Shown: positions 41,834 to 53,134 of the stretch, one piece after another
Layout: every line of letters starts with the position of its first letter
Numbering within the stretch: position 1 is the first letter of the stretch
Made by a program: the position numbers and the translations under genes
DNA from: Camelus dromedarius
Taxonomy: Eukaryota
Assembly (NCBI RefSeq): GCF_036321535.1
Contig: NC_087437.1
Location: forward strand, 26,414,001-26,478,000
Direction of reading: 5' to 3'
Length of the DNA: 64,000 nucleotides
The notes under the pieces: generated by a model
The model's database searches: none
What the model was told of the DNA's origin: nothing
What the model saw: the letters and a program-made list of their open reading frames with translations, nothing else

Positions 41834-41884
41834 TTGACACAACATTGTAAAATGACTATAACTCAATAAAAAAAGTTAAAAGAA
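41834..41884 (+). mobile_element. ~50-bp extreme L1 3' terminus
   Basis: ttgacacaacattgtaaaatgactataactcaataaaaaaagttaaaa is the reverse complement of the ends at 18132 and 44752; TSD aaagatggatgttct / aaagatgggtatcct (12/15 identical). Confidence 0.8.
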
Positions 41885-42439
41885 AAAGATGGGTATCCTC
41901 TGAAACTGTGGACATCTACAGGAGATGCATGTATGGTGTTCATGGAATATCATCCGTCTGTCTGAAGTAATTCTCGTTTCAAGCTTGCCTTTCACTACTG
42001 TTCAAACATTACAAATTATTCTCCATGCATGGAAAAAATAGCACTATAATTCAGATAAAGTCTTTAGAACTTGAAACACATTTTACATTAAAAATGTTCT
42101 TGTTCCAAGTGTGCTCATTTTACATGAGCAGACAGACTGATAAAATAATTAAATTCTTTTCAAGGTTTTTTTCCATCAAGGAAAGTCACCTCTTGGATTT
42201 TTACCTTTCTTGCAGGTGTATAACCTAGAAAAATACACAGGTCTGCTTATTTGTAGTGTCTTCTTCCAGGGGAAAAGCAAAGTCCACTTAATTCAGTTCA
42301 TGTATAGATGTTAAAGGAGATTGAAGACTCTACGATATGTAAAAATGTGAATGAATTATGTTTTATTAGAGGCTTATTTAATTATTTTTAACAACCAGGT
42401 GGCTATATTTATTCCAAATATTTGTTGAGTGAATAAATG

Positions 42440-43810
42440 AATTAATGTGCTGAAAATCTGTAAATTTTAATCTCAAGTCCTGATACTTTAAATTCTACCT
42501 ACCTAGAATATCTGTGTGTAGAAACCTTGCTACCTCTCAAATTTAGTGTGCTCAGAACCGTTCCTTCTTCTTCCTTATGATAATAAGCTTCATTTGTCAG
42601 CTTTCCCATTTTTGGTTAAGGATATTCCCTGAGTTTCTTAGAATCAAAAACTGATTATGAAAAGGAATAAAAAATAATGGTCTTTCACTTCATTGCCATC
42701 ATCTTGCCTTGTCATAACAACTTTCAGATTTTCAGTATGTCCTCTACATGTCAGTCTAAGTATTTGCAGATTGTTCTAAAGGATTTCTTTAGCCATGTCA
42801 ACCCCTCATTCAAGTGCCTTGGCAGAGGCGATCCCACGTCTACTTTTCTGAATGGCCTTCAAGGTATGGCACTACCTGTCCCTTTTTTCCCCTCTCCTCA
42901 CCTCTGTCTCCAACAGCAACTATAAAAACCAGTAGCAGTGATAATAACTAGCTTTATTTAATGTGTGCCAGGCAGTACCTAAGTTCTATTTTAAGTGCTT
43001 TACATATAACAAATCATTTAATCCTCAGGATAACGTTAAAAATTGAATGTATTATCATGCCCATTTTATAGAAACTAAGTTATTTGCCTGAGTTTATACA
43101 GCTTGTATATGACAGAATCTGAATCCAAGTAATCTCCTTCCAAGAGTATACTTTTATCTCCTCTGCTTTTCTTCCTTTCAGTACCACTCTTCTTTACTTA
43201 GTAAGGTCATTTAAAAATTTTTTGTTTTGTTTTGTTTTGTTTTTAATATGCCTTGTTAGGTCCTGCCTTTTGTCTTGTTATTTCTCCATTCCTCTCATGT
43301 GAGAAATTTCCCCTCAACTCTTTCCACTGTTAGCCCAAATTTCCTCTTTTTGTTAAAGTGTAATCCACGTCCAATAAAATCTGCTGTATTTCAGCCTAGA
43401 GCTTTTTCCCTCTCTAAGTTTCTTTAAACTCCATCACACTATTTTAGTACTTTGCTTCTTGGCTTATACTCTGTTTTGTATGTAAGTTTTATTTTGCCCA
43501 TAAGATTTTGAGATTAATGTTGTCTAAGTCTTGATGCTTTCTCAGTTCAGTTTCTCTTCCCAGACATTTGCAAAATGTTAAGTAAGGTTAATAATCCTGT
43601 TTCTCATCTCCATTCATTGGGAAACCCCAGGCCTCTCTATCTAATCAGATAAAGTTGTGTTCAAATCTCAGCTCTGCCTAAATGTGACCTTATGGGGCAG
43701 TTTCGTTTACTCATCTTTCCTCGTTTCTAAAATATAGAAAAGAATATCTATATTGTAGAGATGTGTTAGGTATTAGAGATAATATACGTAAAGCAATGGC
43801 ACATAGAGGC
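42440..43810. mobile_element. Degenerate L2 fragments with MIRs (~42940-43160 minus, ~43640-43810 plus)
   Basis: aatgtgtgccaggca...catttaatcctcagga...cccattttataga (MIR) and pyrimidine-rich L2-like stretches. Confidence 0.55.
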
Positions 43811-44751
43811 TTCTTTTACTCATGCATATAGCCTTTGGTCTGGAGCCTTGTTATGTATGCTTTATCAACAGTTCCCCCACAGCTCCTCATGCCTGTGTGT
43901 CCCTTAAAAGATCTCTACTCATGATCATCTTGACAGTGCAATTAATTCTTTCTTCTTCCAAGGCCTGTTTTATTAGTGTCAGTACTAATAATTTGTCTAA
44001 TCTGGAAATAAGATGAGCTACTGTGTCATTTCCAGGATTCCTTTTAGAACCTGTCTTACTGAAGTCTCTTCCCTTAGCAGTCTGCTGTCTTCTGGTATAT
44101 TGGCTATTTATAAGCCAGCAGTCCCATACTTCCTTAAAACTCTTGGTAAGGTGCAACCTGATCTATATAATTGAGTTGCTGCTAATATGTTGATTCAATA
44201 TAAACTATTTCTGATACCACAATTTGGGCCAATAGCTCTGATCAGTTTCCTTTAAAGGGCAGATTGGCAATATACAGCTCGGAAGACTTTTTCATGTAAT
44301 TTTCAGCTTTGATGGCTCTTTTGGAATTTAGGTTTGGTTACTGAGCATGCTTTTTATTTATGAACCTTTGAGTTTGTTGCCTCCATGTGACAACATGTGT
44401 TTGAAATTGCATTTTATGAATGTGAAACCAGGCACATGCTTACTGAATGATTTAGGTCTTATTTCTGCCTCATGTGTTTTTGACAATACCAGCTGCTGCT
44501 TAGTTAAAGATGTAATTTAATTTGACTGACATAGTTCATAAACACAGATATACTGTCCTTGTTTGTATTCATAAGCCTGTTGGTCCATATGTTAATGTTT
44601 CTTGATTTAATTTCATTAGTTTATTTTAAAAATCAATAAAAACAACAACAAAAACCTTGGGAAAGCCTTGTTTCATTTTTTGAAAACATTTCTCTTTTTT
44701 TGGAACTCACATTTGTGCTTACAGAATTCCTTCCATTTTTAGTGGTTTTCT

Positions 44752-44882
44752 TTTTTTTTTTAATTTTTTTAACTTTTTTTATTGATTTATAATCATTTTA
44801 CAATGTTGTGTCCAATTCTAGTGTAGAGCACAATTTTTCAGTTATACATGAACATATATATATTCATTGTCACATGTGACAA
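44752..44882 (-). mobile_element. Young 5'-truncated L1 (~130 bp) with 13-bp TSD
   Basis: TSD ttagtggttttct at 44739-44751 and 44883-44895; poly-T tail; near-identical to 18140-18244. Confidence 0.9.
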
Positions 44883-45966
44883 TTAGTGGTTTTCTAATTT
44901 AGAAATTTTATTATTAGAGAACAGCTTTTGGTATTGATATAATTTTGTATTGTGTTAATGGAACCAATTGCATTTTGGATGTATAAGAAAGTTTTCCTCA
45001 GTTCCTTGGTGCAGTTTTAAGAATCTAATGACCAGTATAGTTACACATATAGTAGATTGTTGTAAACCCATTAATTTATATTGATGATTCTTAATTTGCA
45101 CTTCAGAAAGCCTCTTGTAAAACTGATGATTATTTTGTCCCTTCTTACCAGGAAAGTTCACACATAGACAGCTGTCAGAGATTTAAGAACCCCAGGAAGG
45201 CTTGTTCTGTAAATGAGGTAGTACATGTATGCACAAGTATAATATAAGGCAGTATGTAAAATATTTAAGAAAAATATAACAAATTGATATAAAAACTCAA
45301 AGCAGGAAGCAGTTATACTGCACTTGGGGCATCCTGTGCAACAGGGCATGGGACAGGGCAGATTTCACGGAGATAATGGAATCTGAAGGCCAGATTAGGC
45401 GTTCAGAAGACGAGGCCTGTTCCAAGCAGAGGTGATAGTGTGAGCAAGAAGAGACCAGAGAGCACCTGACCTGTTTGGATCTCCTTGAGGAAAATGATTG
45501 TTTCTGATCTGCCTTGAGTTTTGCATTGTGCCCAACACACAGTACCTTACTTGTTACGTAAATTCAGCAAATGCTTATTGAATTGAACCACATTTCTGAT
45601 ACTTTATCATAGTTCCTGAGACTACCTTTCTCTGTATCCTAGAATGTATCTGCTCACAAATATATATTTTACAGTGAAGCAGTTAAATCATGTAATTTCA
45701 ATGACTGTGTATTAGTTGGCTTTAAAAAGAAGTGTAAAACTTAAGTTTTATATTAGCAAAGAACAGCTTTTGACATAAATTATGTATTTCTTAAATTGTA
45801 TCTCAGGGAACAGTTGTGTTTCAGATTTGTGAAAGAAACATTTCTTAGTTACTTGGTTAGCTTTTTGGGAACAGTTAAATGGTCATTAAAGCATCAGATA
45901 AACTGGTAGAAACTCCAGCCAAGTTTACTTTTGTTTAAATAAAAGCTAAGTGAATTCTATACTGCT

Positions 45967-46060
45967 ATGATAATATAATGACTATATAATGACTATGTAT
46001 GATTATATAATGACTATATAATATAATGACTGTATAATATAATGACTATATAATAATATA
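45967..46060. repeat. AT-rich minisatellite, core tataatgac(ta)
   Basis: About 6-7 imperfect copies of tataatgacta. Confidence 0.85.
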
Positions 46061-48011
46061 AAACTTAAGAAATTTTTTTCCCTCTCCTTGGAAGGCAGTA
46101 AAATCTATGGGGAAGAAGCTGTGGGGGCTAGCATTTTCTCAATTTTAATTAGATAAGAAAATCTACCTAAAATAAAACATGCACACATAGGCAAAAAATA
46201 GTAAACTTACTTTTTTGATTATTGACGTTTACTTGCATGACTGCAAAACGTTCCTAGTAATAGTTTTGTTTGCTGGTTGATTTTCTTGCTACTATTCCCA
46301 ACATTAAAGCAGTAGGTCCTATGTTGGTGAACTATTTATGCCATTTTAATTGATTTTTTAAAAAACTCTGCCTAATTTTATCTCTTGTGTTTATAATGTT
46401 ATAATGTGAGCTATTATTTTAAGCACACATTTTATATATTTTCTCATTCAAGTAATATTTAATGAGTGCTTACTCTGTGTCAGGCTATTTCATAGGGGCT
46501 ATAGAACCTGTAAAGATGAACAAAATATTAATTCTTTGAGGTACTGCAGATTCAGAGTTTTGTGGTAATAGGATAAAATTATTCTGATTGATTCACATTA
46601 TTGTCTCTCAGAATTCCACCTTGCATTGTGGGGTATGGTAGTTTCAGAGAAGGCAGGGGTAATGTAGAAGAGAATTTTACTCTTGCCAGATGGGATTGGT
46701 TGCATGAGCCTCATTTCTCTTACCTAGTATTCAAATCCAGAGCCTATAGAATACTTGGGCATTCATTTTTCTCAAAAACTCAACTCTTACGCTTTCCTTC
46801 ACTCTTTGAGTTTGATTCAGGTCTTATCTTTATTGAATTATAGTAGAATTTTGAATCATTATATGCTAATAACTAAAACAGAACTAATATTAGACCTTCT
46901 GGAAATTCTTTTAAAAATTAATTTTAGAAGTATTATAAAGAGGCACTTTGAGAGACACCATTATGTACTGATTATGAGGTAATATATTTCAAGAATTTCT
47001 TACCATATTAAGTATTTAAAACTATATGTATAGTTTTAAAGTATTCAGAAGTATTTCAAGTGTTCAAAACTATATTATATATATATGTATATATTTTTTG
47101 AGTATCCAGTTTTCATTTTATTTAACAAGTATACAAATAATGATCTGATTTTTTATTTTTCCCAAATGGTCCAATGATGGTATAAAAAGGAGGTTAGGTC
47201 TGGGTTTATTTTTATTTAAAACAGATTATTGTTTTAAAAGTGAGGTGTGGTAACATGTTTGGATACTTTTCAAATCTTTTATGTAAGAAAATTCTGCCAC
47301 ACATCTAGCCATATTCTTATGGTGTGAAGCTTACTAATTTGGAGACTAGCTTTAAGAAAGATTGTATGGCTAGATAGAACCGAAATAAACAACTTCAGGC
47401 TAGAGGTATTTTTAATTCTTTCAAAGCCTTAGAAAGGAATTTTAAAGAAAATGGTCGATGATGAAGCTAATAATAAGAATAACTTTTATTTGACTCATTT
47501 TTATGCATTAGGCATGGTATTAAGCATTTAAAATTACATTACATATGAGAAAAATATTGTCATTCTCATTTTAAAGTTGGGAAGCTGAGGATTAAGGAAG
47601 AAAGAGTTTGCCCAAGTTTATCTCACTAATAAGTAGTGGAGGTAGAGTTGAGTTTTCAAGGGCTGATGACTCTTGAGCCTGATCACAAATCTCTACCTCT
47701 CTAGAGCTAGACAGGTTTATTGCTTTGGATCCTTTTAGTATGGTAGTTTGTATGTCTTCCCTTTATTTGCTTCTCATTTCACTTAATGCCATGAAGGAAA
47801 TCAAGAAGCTATCTAAAGAAGTCCTTGATAATCAATTGTAAATCATTGATTATGTTTCGGGAACACACTTAAGATCTGTTTATATATATATACGCATACA
47901 TAATCTCATCCTAGTTATATGCTATGGACTTGTTGATTTGTGTTTGTGAATTTGAGGGACCTTATGACAAAGACTTTATTCCTCATATCATGACTGTTTT
48001 CTAATTTGCAG

Positions 48012-48099
48012 GTTTTAAATGCACAGAGAGCAGGATACAAAGCAGCCATAGTTCACAATGTTGATTCTGATGACCTCATTAGCATGGGATCCAACGACA
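48012..48099 (+). CDS. RNF13: RNF13 fourth coding exon, PA domain: VLNAQRAGYKAAIVHNVDSDDLISMGSND(I)
   Basis: tttgcAG acceptor 48010-11; 88 nt, phase 0-1; donor GTAAGT at 48100; PA motif NAQRAGYKAAIVHN. Confidence 0.97.
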
Positions 48100-48744
48100 G
48101 TAAGTACAGGTATCACTTTTCTTCTCTCCTGTTTGACTGATCATTCGAAACTAAAACTTGACAGAATTTCTCTTCTTTCATTTTCTGTTTAAAAAGCAAG
48201 ATTTCTTCTCTGTCAGAAAGATAATTCCCAATTCTTAATCCTCTTAGGACAACTTTGTTCACAACAGAAGTGGAATTGACTTGTTCTTTCTGGAACAGTT
48301 AGTTGTCATTGTTGTTGTTTTAACCTATGTGTTTCATTTTATAGGATCCGTTGATATTTTGGTAAAAATCAAAGGAAAACCAGGCTTTAAATAGAGATAA
48401 TCATATTGAGTTAGGAATGCCATAGGAGAATTTTTGTGGTTTATTTAGGGATTCACAACATTAATTTTAGGATATGCAGATGTACTGAGTAGCTACTGTA
48501 TTCTTGTAGAATTTCAAAGCCCATACTTGTGCTTTCTTATACCACCAGTTGATTATTGTTAGCCCCTTAACATACATTGGCATGCCTATAGCTTTTCATT
48601 CAAAATGGGAATATCTTTCCTTATTCTTTACTAAATATTAGCTTGAAGGGAAAATGTGCCAATTTTAATGAAATAACTGGCTTTAATCAGATAGTGACTT
48701 TTAAGATAGGTGCTTTCACTCAATTTAGTGAGAGTGACAAAAGT

Positions 48745-49430
48745 GTCTTTTGTTGGGTTAATAAGGCTACTTTAGGACCACACCAAAGGCTGGGGGCTGT
48801 TTGTTAGAACTAACCATGTGATTAGAGGGTTGGAATTTTCCGTCCCACACCCTGATCTCAGAGAAGGGGCAAGGGACTGGAGGTTGAGTGATCTCCAGTG
48901 TCCAGTGGTTTAATCAATCATGCATATATAATGAAGCCTAATTAAAAACCCAGAAGGATAGGCTCAGAGAGCTTCAGAGTTGGTGGAAGCATAGAGGTGC
49001 TAGGAGCACTGAGCTCCTGAAGAGGACATGGAACCTCCGTATCCCTTCCCGTTTACTTTGCCCTATACATCTCTTTCATTTGGTTGTTCCTGAGTTACAT
49101 CTTTTCATAATGAGCTGGTAATCTAGTAAGTAAAATGTTTCTCTGAGTTCTGTGAGCTGCTCTCACAGATTTATTGAACCCATGGGGTAAGGGTTGTTGG
49201 ACCCTTCAGTCTATAGTTGGTGAGTCAGAAACACAGGTGACAACTTGGACTGGCCACTGGTGTCTGAAGTGGGGGTTGGGGATTCTTGTGAGACTAAACC
49301 GTTAACCTGTGGAATCTGATGCTGTCTCCTGGGAAATAATATCAGAATTGAGCTGAGTTGCTTGATGGTGCAGGGAAGATCCCCACACATACTGGCAATT
49401 GGGTTCAGAACCCAAAATACACTAAATACA
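48745..49430 (+). mobile_element. MER21-like ERVL LTR
   Basis: aaccatgtgattagagggttgga...ttaatcaatcatgc...ctctgagttctgtgagctgctct motifs. Confidence 0.78.
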
Positions 49431-51209
49431 CTGCCAACATTCATGATTATTTTATTTTTGTTTTTCTTTTAGTATATAACCGTAATACCTCTTGTTTTAA
49501 GTTGTATTGAGTCATACATGCAAGAAAGATCTTGGAGCAAAGAACAGATATAAAGCTATGTACTGATATACTCCACTGGAATGTATTTAGGACTTTAAAT
49601 AGCTACATCCTCAATGTGAAGTATTTTGGATTCCTTGACCAAAAAAAATCTTTTTATAACATGAGACAGTATTTTTTGTTGTTGTTGAGTTGAACTTTTT
49701 TCCTTCTTACCCTTAGTATAATCTGGGGCAAAATTACAAAAATATATATAAAGAATAAAACTAAGTAATAAATTCCTTAGTTAATTTCTTTATATTTTAA
49801 ATTATCATTTTAATTTTCCAGCTAACTAATTCGTAATTGCAGAATTCATGAAGTACCCTTAAGAAGTTCTGGCATTTCTCAAAAAGTTTGACAACCACTG
49901 CTTAGGAATCAGAGGAACCGATGAAGGGATGTTACTTACCCAGTAGACTAGTACTTTTGGTAGTGCAGATTTGACACATTTTCCTTCTTCTCCTTTAATC
50001 ATCTCCTTTAAAGAAAAATTTACTAGCCCACGTGATACCTCCCATGTGAGTCACTTATGTGACCTGTATACAATATTGGCAAAATGGAAAGCATACATAC
50101 TCTAAAAATAGGCCTGAATTCAAACCTAAGCTCCTACTTGTATTGGCTGTATGATTTTGAGCAAGTTACTTACTCTTTGTGTGTTTTGCTGAAGGCCTGG
50201 GCCCAGGGTTTAGCAACCCTCAAGACTTCTCAAGGGGTTTGGGTTGGATAAACTGATTAGTTTTTGTAAACTGTTTACTCTTTTGACATGCTTCTAATAA
50301 AAATTTTGCAAGCTGGAAGTGTCAGTTCCCTTTAACACCAGTTTTGTTTTTGTAATAAAACCTTTTCTGTGATAATCATGTCAGTTCCTAAAGAAAGTAG
50401 AGAAAATATCAAAAGTGGCACATACCATATAATTCTGTTGTTGCTATGGAAATATTCCAGCTGAGTTACTATATTTCAAAGATTGCTTAGAATTTTGGTT
50501 CCTGACTTTATTACTTGGATTACTTTCTGTAACATTTTACTCCATCCTTGAGTATGTGTAAGTTGGAACATTTCATATTTCCAGCACATGTTGTAAAGAT
50601 CTTTACCATTTTTATCTTTGCTGTTACTTGGTAGAGGAAAAGAAAGCGTGGATTTATTAAAAGAAGTATGTATCTATCCCTCTTTTTTAGACTTAGATCA
50701 TAGCCACAAGGAACAGAGCAGAGGTTCTAATATATGGAAACAAAAGAAAGTTTTAAAGGCCCCTTGTTGCCAACATTTCACACAGGAATGTGTCTGTTTT
50801 CATTTCAGCTAGGACAGTGAGCCAGTCACATTTGTCATCTTCAGGGGCAGAATAATGTGGTGGGGAAAACACAAACTCCAAGACCAGGAAATGTGGTTTA
50901 TTCCAGGCTAGATGATATATATGAACTAACCTGTGCTGCTGGAAAATTTACTAACCTTTCCTGGCCCTTTATTTTCATCTGTAAAAGGGTGAATGATTTT
51001 AATTTTTATTTGACTTGACAAGATCGTAAAGATCATATGAAAGGCAGTGGAATGAGGAAACCCTTCCACGGCAGAGTGGGAAGAGCCAACATTAGGAATC
51101 AGAGCCTCAGGTTTGAGTCTAGGCTGTGCAAATTCCTAACTGTATGATCAGAGTAAGTTATCAATATGTCTGGATTTGTTTCTTCTCCCTTTTTCCTTAC
51201 TTTCTTCCT

Positions 51210-51987
51210 TCCGCAAATATTTTTTGACAGCCTGCTCTGCATCAAGTGCTGTTTTAGGCATCATGACTACAGCAGAAAATAATACAGCTTTAAGGCTTTG
51301 CTCATACTTTTCATTGAGGTAGCAGAATGGCAGTGGTTAAAAGTGTGGCTTCTGGGTAGTGCCTTACAAGATTTGAATCCCAGCTCGACCACCTACTACC
51401 TGTGTGACTTTGGGAATGTTACCTAACATCTCAGTGCCTCAGTTTTTCTGATCTGTAAGATGGGGATGATAATAGTACTTCATTCATTACGTTGTTGTTG
51501 ACGACATATAAAACATCTAGAAGACTGCCTCGTTCTTAGTAGTCATTCGAGGGTTATTTAGCTGCTAGTATTATTACTGCTGTCATTATTATTATTGCAT
51601 TCTGTTGTGGGAGAGAAAATGAACACATAAGCAAAGAGGTATGTTATACGTCAAGTAGTGGTAATATATACACCAATGAAACCACCACCACAATAAAGAT
51701 AGCTAACATTTCCGTCACTTCCCAAAAGGTGCACATTTCAAGTTCCCAGTTTATCCCTTCCCACCCCATTTGCCCACTGGTAACCATAAGTTTGTGTTTC
51801 TGTCTGTGAGTCTGTTTGTTTTGTAGGTAAGTTTGTTTGTGTCCTTTTTTTAGATTCCACATATAAGTGATATGATATGGTATTTTTCTTTCTCTTTCTG
51901 ACTTACTTCACTTAAAATGACAATCTCCAGGTCTGTCCATACTGCTGCAAATGGCATTATTTTATTTTTTATGCCGTGTAGTATTCC

Positions 51988-52028
<41 letters not shown>

Positions 52029-52033
52029 CACAC

Positions 52034-52092
<59 letters not shown>

Positions 52093-52930
52093 CACACACA
52101 TACCACATCTTCTTTATCCAGTCATCTGTTGGTGGACATGTAGGTTGCTTCCATATCTCGGCTATTGTAAATAGTGCTGCTGTGAACATTGGGGCAGAGA
52201 ACATTTCTCTGAAGCTCTGACATTTGAGCATAGGTCTAAAGTGAGAGGCTGAGCCACACAGATTTCTGGAAGAGGATATTCCAAGGAAAGGGAACAGCAA
52301 GCAAATGCAAAGGCTCAAAGATAAAGCATACTTGGTGTTTTCAAGGTGTGGCAGAAAACCACAGTGGCTGGAATAGAGTGAACAAGGGAGTGAGATAGAG
52401 TTGCAGGTAATGAGGTTAGAAAGGGAGCCACTGGCTAGATCATGTTGGGTCTCGTAGGACTTTGGAATTTGTTCTATGTAGGTTTTAAACAGAGGTGTGA
52501 GGTGACACATTTTAAAAGGATCACTTTGGTTGTTCTTTAAAAATAGACTGAAGGTGAAAGATGGGCAAGAGTGCCAACTGAGAGACCAGTTAGAATGTAG
52601 CTGCAGCAGCTGGGCAAGAGGTGATGGTAATTTGGAGTGTTAGTAGTGACTGTAATGAGAAGTGATAGAATTATGGATGTATTTTGAAGTTGATAGGGTT
52701 TGATATAAGGAATAAAAGAAGGAGAGTCAAGAACTCCAAGATTTTTAACCTGAGAAACTAGGTGAATAGTTATGCTTTTTACAAAGATGAGAAAGAGTAG
52801 GAGTAGAGTTGATTAGGGAAAGAGACATTGAGAGTTCTGTTTGAGAAATAATGTTTGAAACATCTATTAGTCAATCAAATGATGGAGATATTGAATAGGC
52901 AATTAGGTACATAAATCTGGAGAGGTTGGG
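51210..52930 (-). mobile_element. L2 element interrupted by a MIR (~51320-51570) and an L1 3' end (~51640-52195)
   Basis: caaatatttttt...gtgctgttttaggc L2 3' end; resumes with gggaacagcaagcaaatgcaaagg...ttttaaaaggatcactttggttg. Confidence 0.75.
51640..52195 (-). mobile_element. L1 3' end with compound (CA)n(CATATA)n microsatellite at 51991-52100
   Basis: PMFTAALFTIAEIWKQPTCPPTDDWIKKMWY remnant; repeat visible directly. Confidence 0.9.
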
Positions 52931-53134
52931 GCTGGCCATTTAAATTATAATCTGTCTGTGATGTGATAATACTACTTGGCAGAATATACTTCACAGAGCT
53001 GTTTTATGGATCAGAATTACAATTTAGTGTTTTTAAAGTATTTTGTGAACTAAAACATATTTGGTTTTATTTTCAGTAGATAAATGATATTATAAAATCT
53101 CCAAGATGGATATGCATATTTGCCTACATTATTT

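Larger units (their letters stand above)
39233..44520 (-). pseudogene. Putative decayed multi-exon gene fragment, antisense to RNF13; parent gene unidentified
   Basis: Minus-strand AG/GT-bounded segments 42224-42205 and 41997-41817, plus an acceptor at 40370, splice in compatible phases; premature TAG/TGA codons; block flanked by direct repeat actgacatagttcat. Confidence 0.5.

Noticed and set aside
45967..46060. Repeated tataatgac units as a possible CRISPR-like array
   Set aside because: No unique spacers; simple slippage minisatellite in eukaryotic DNA.
51850..52510. Longest ORF (182 aa) and overlapping HT/HI/YI/CV-repeat ORFs
   Set aside because: Artefacts of reading through a microsatellite and an L1/L2 junction.
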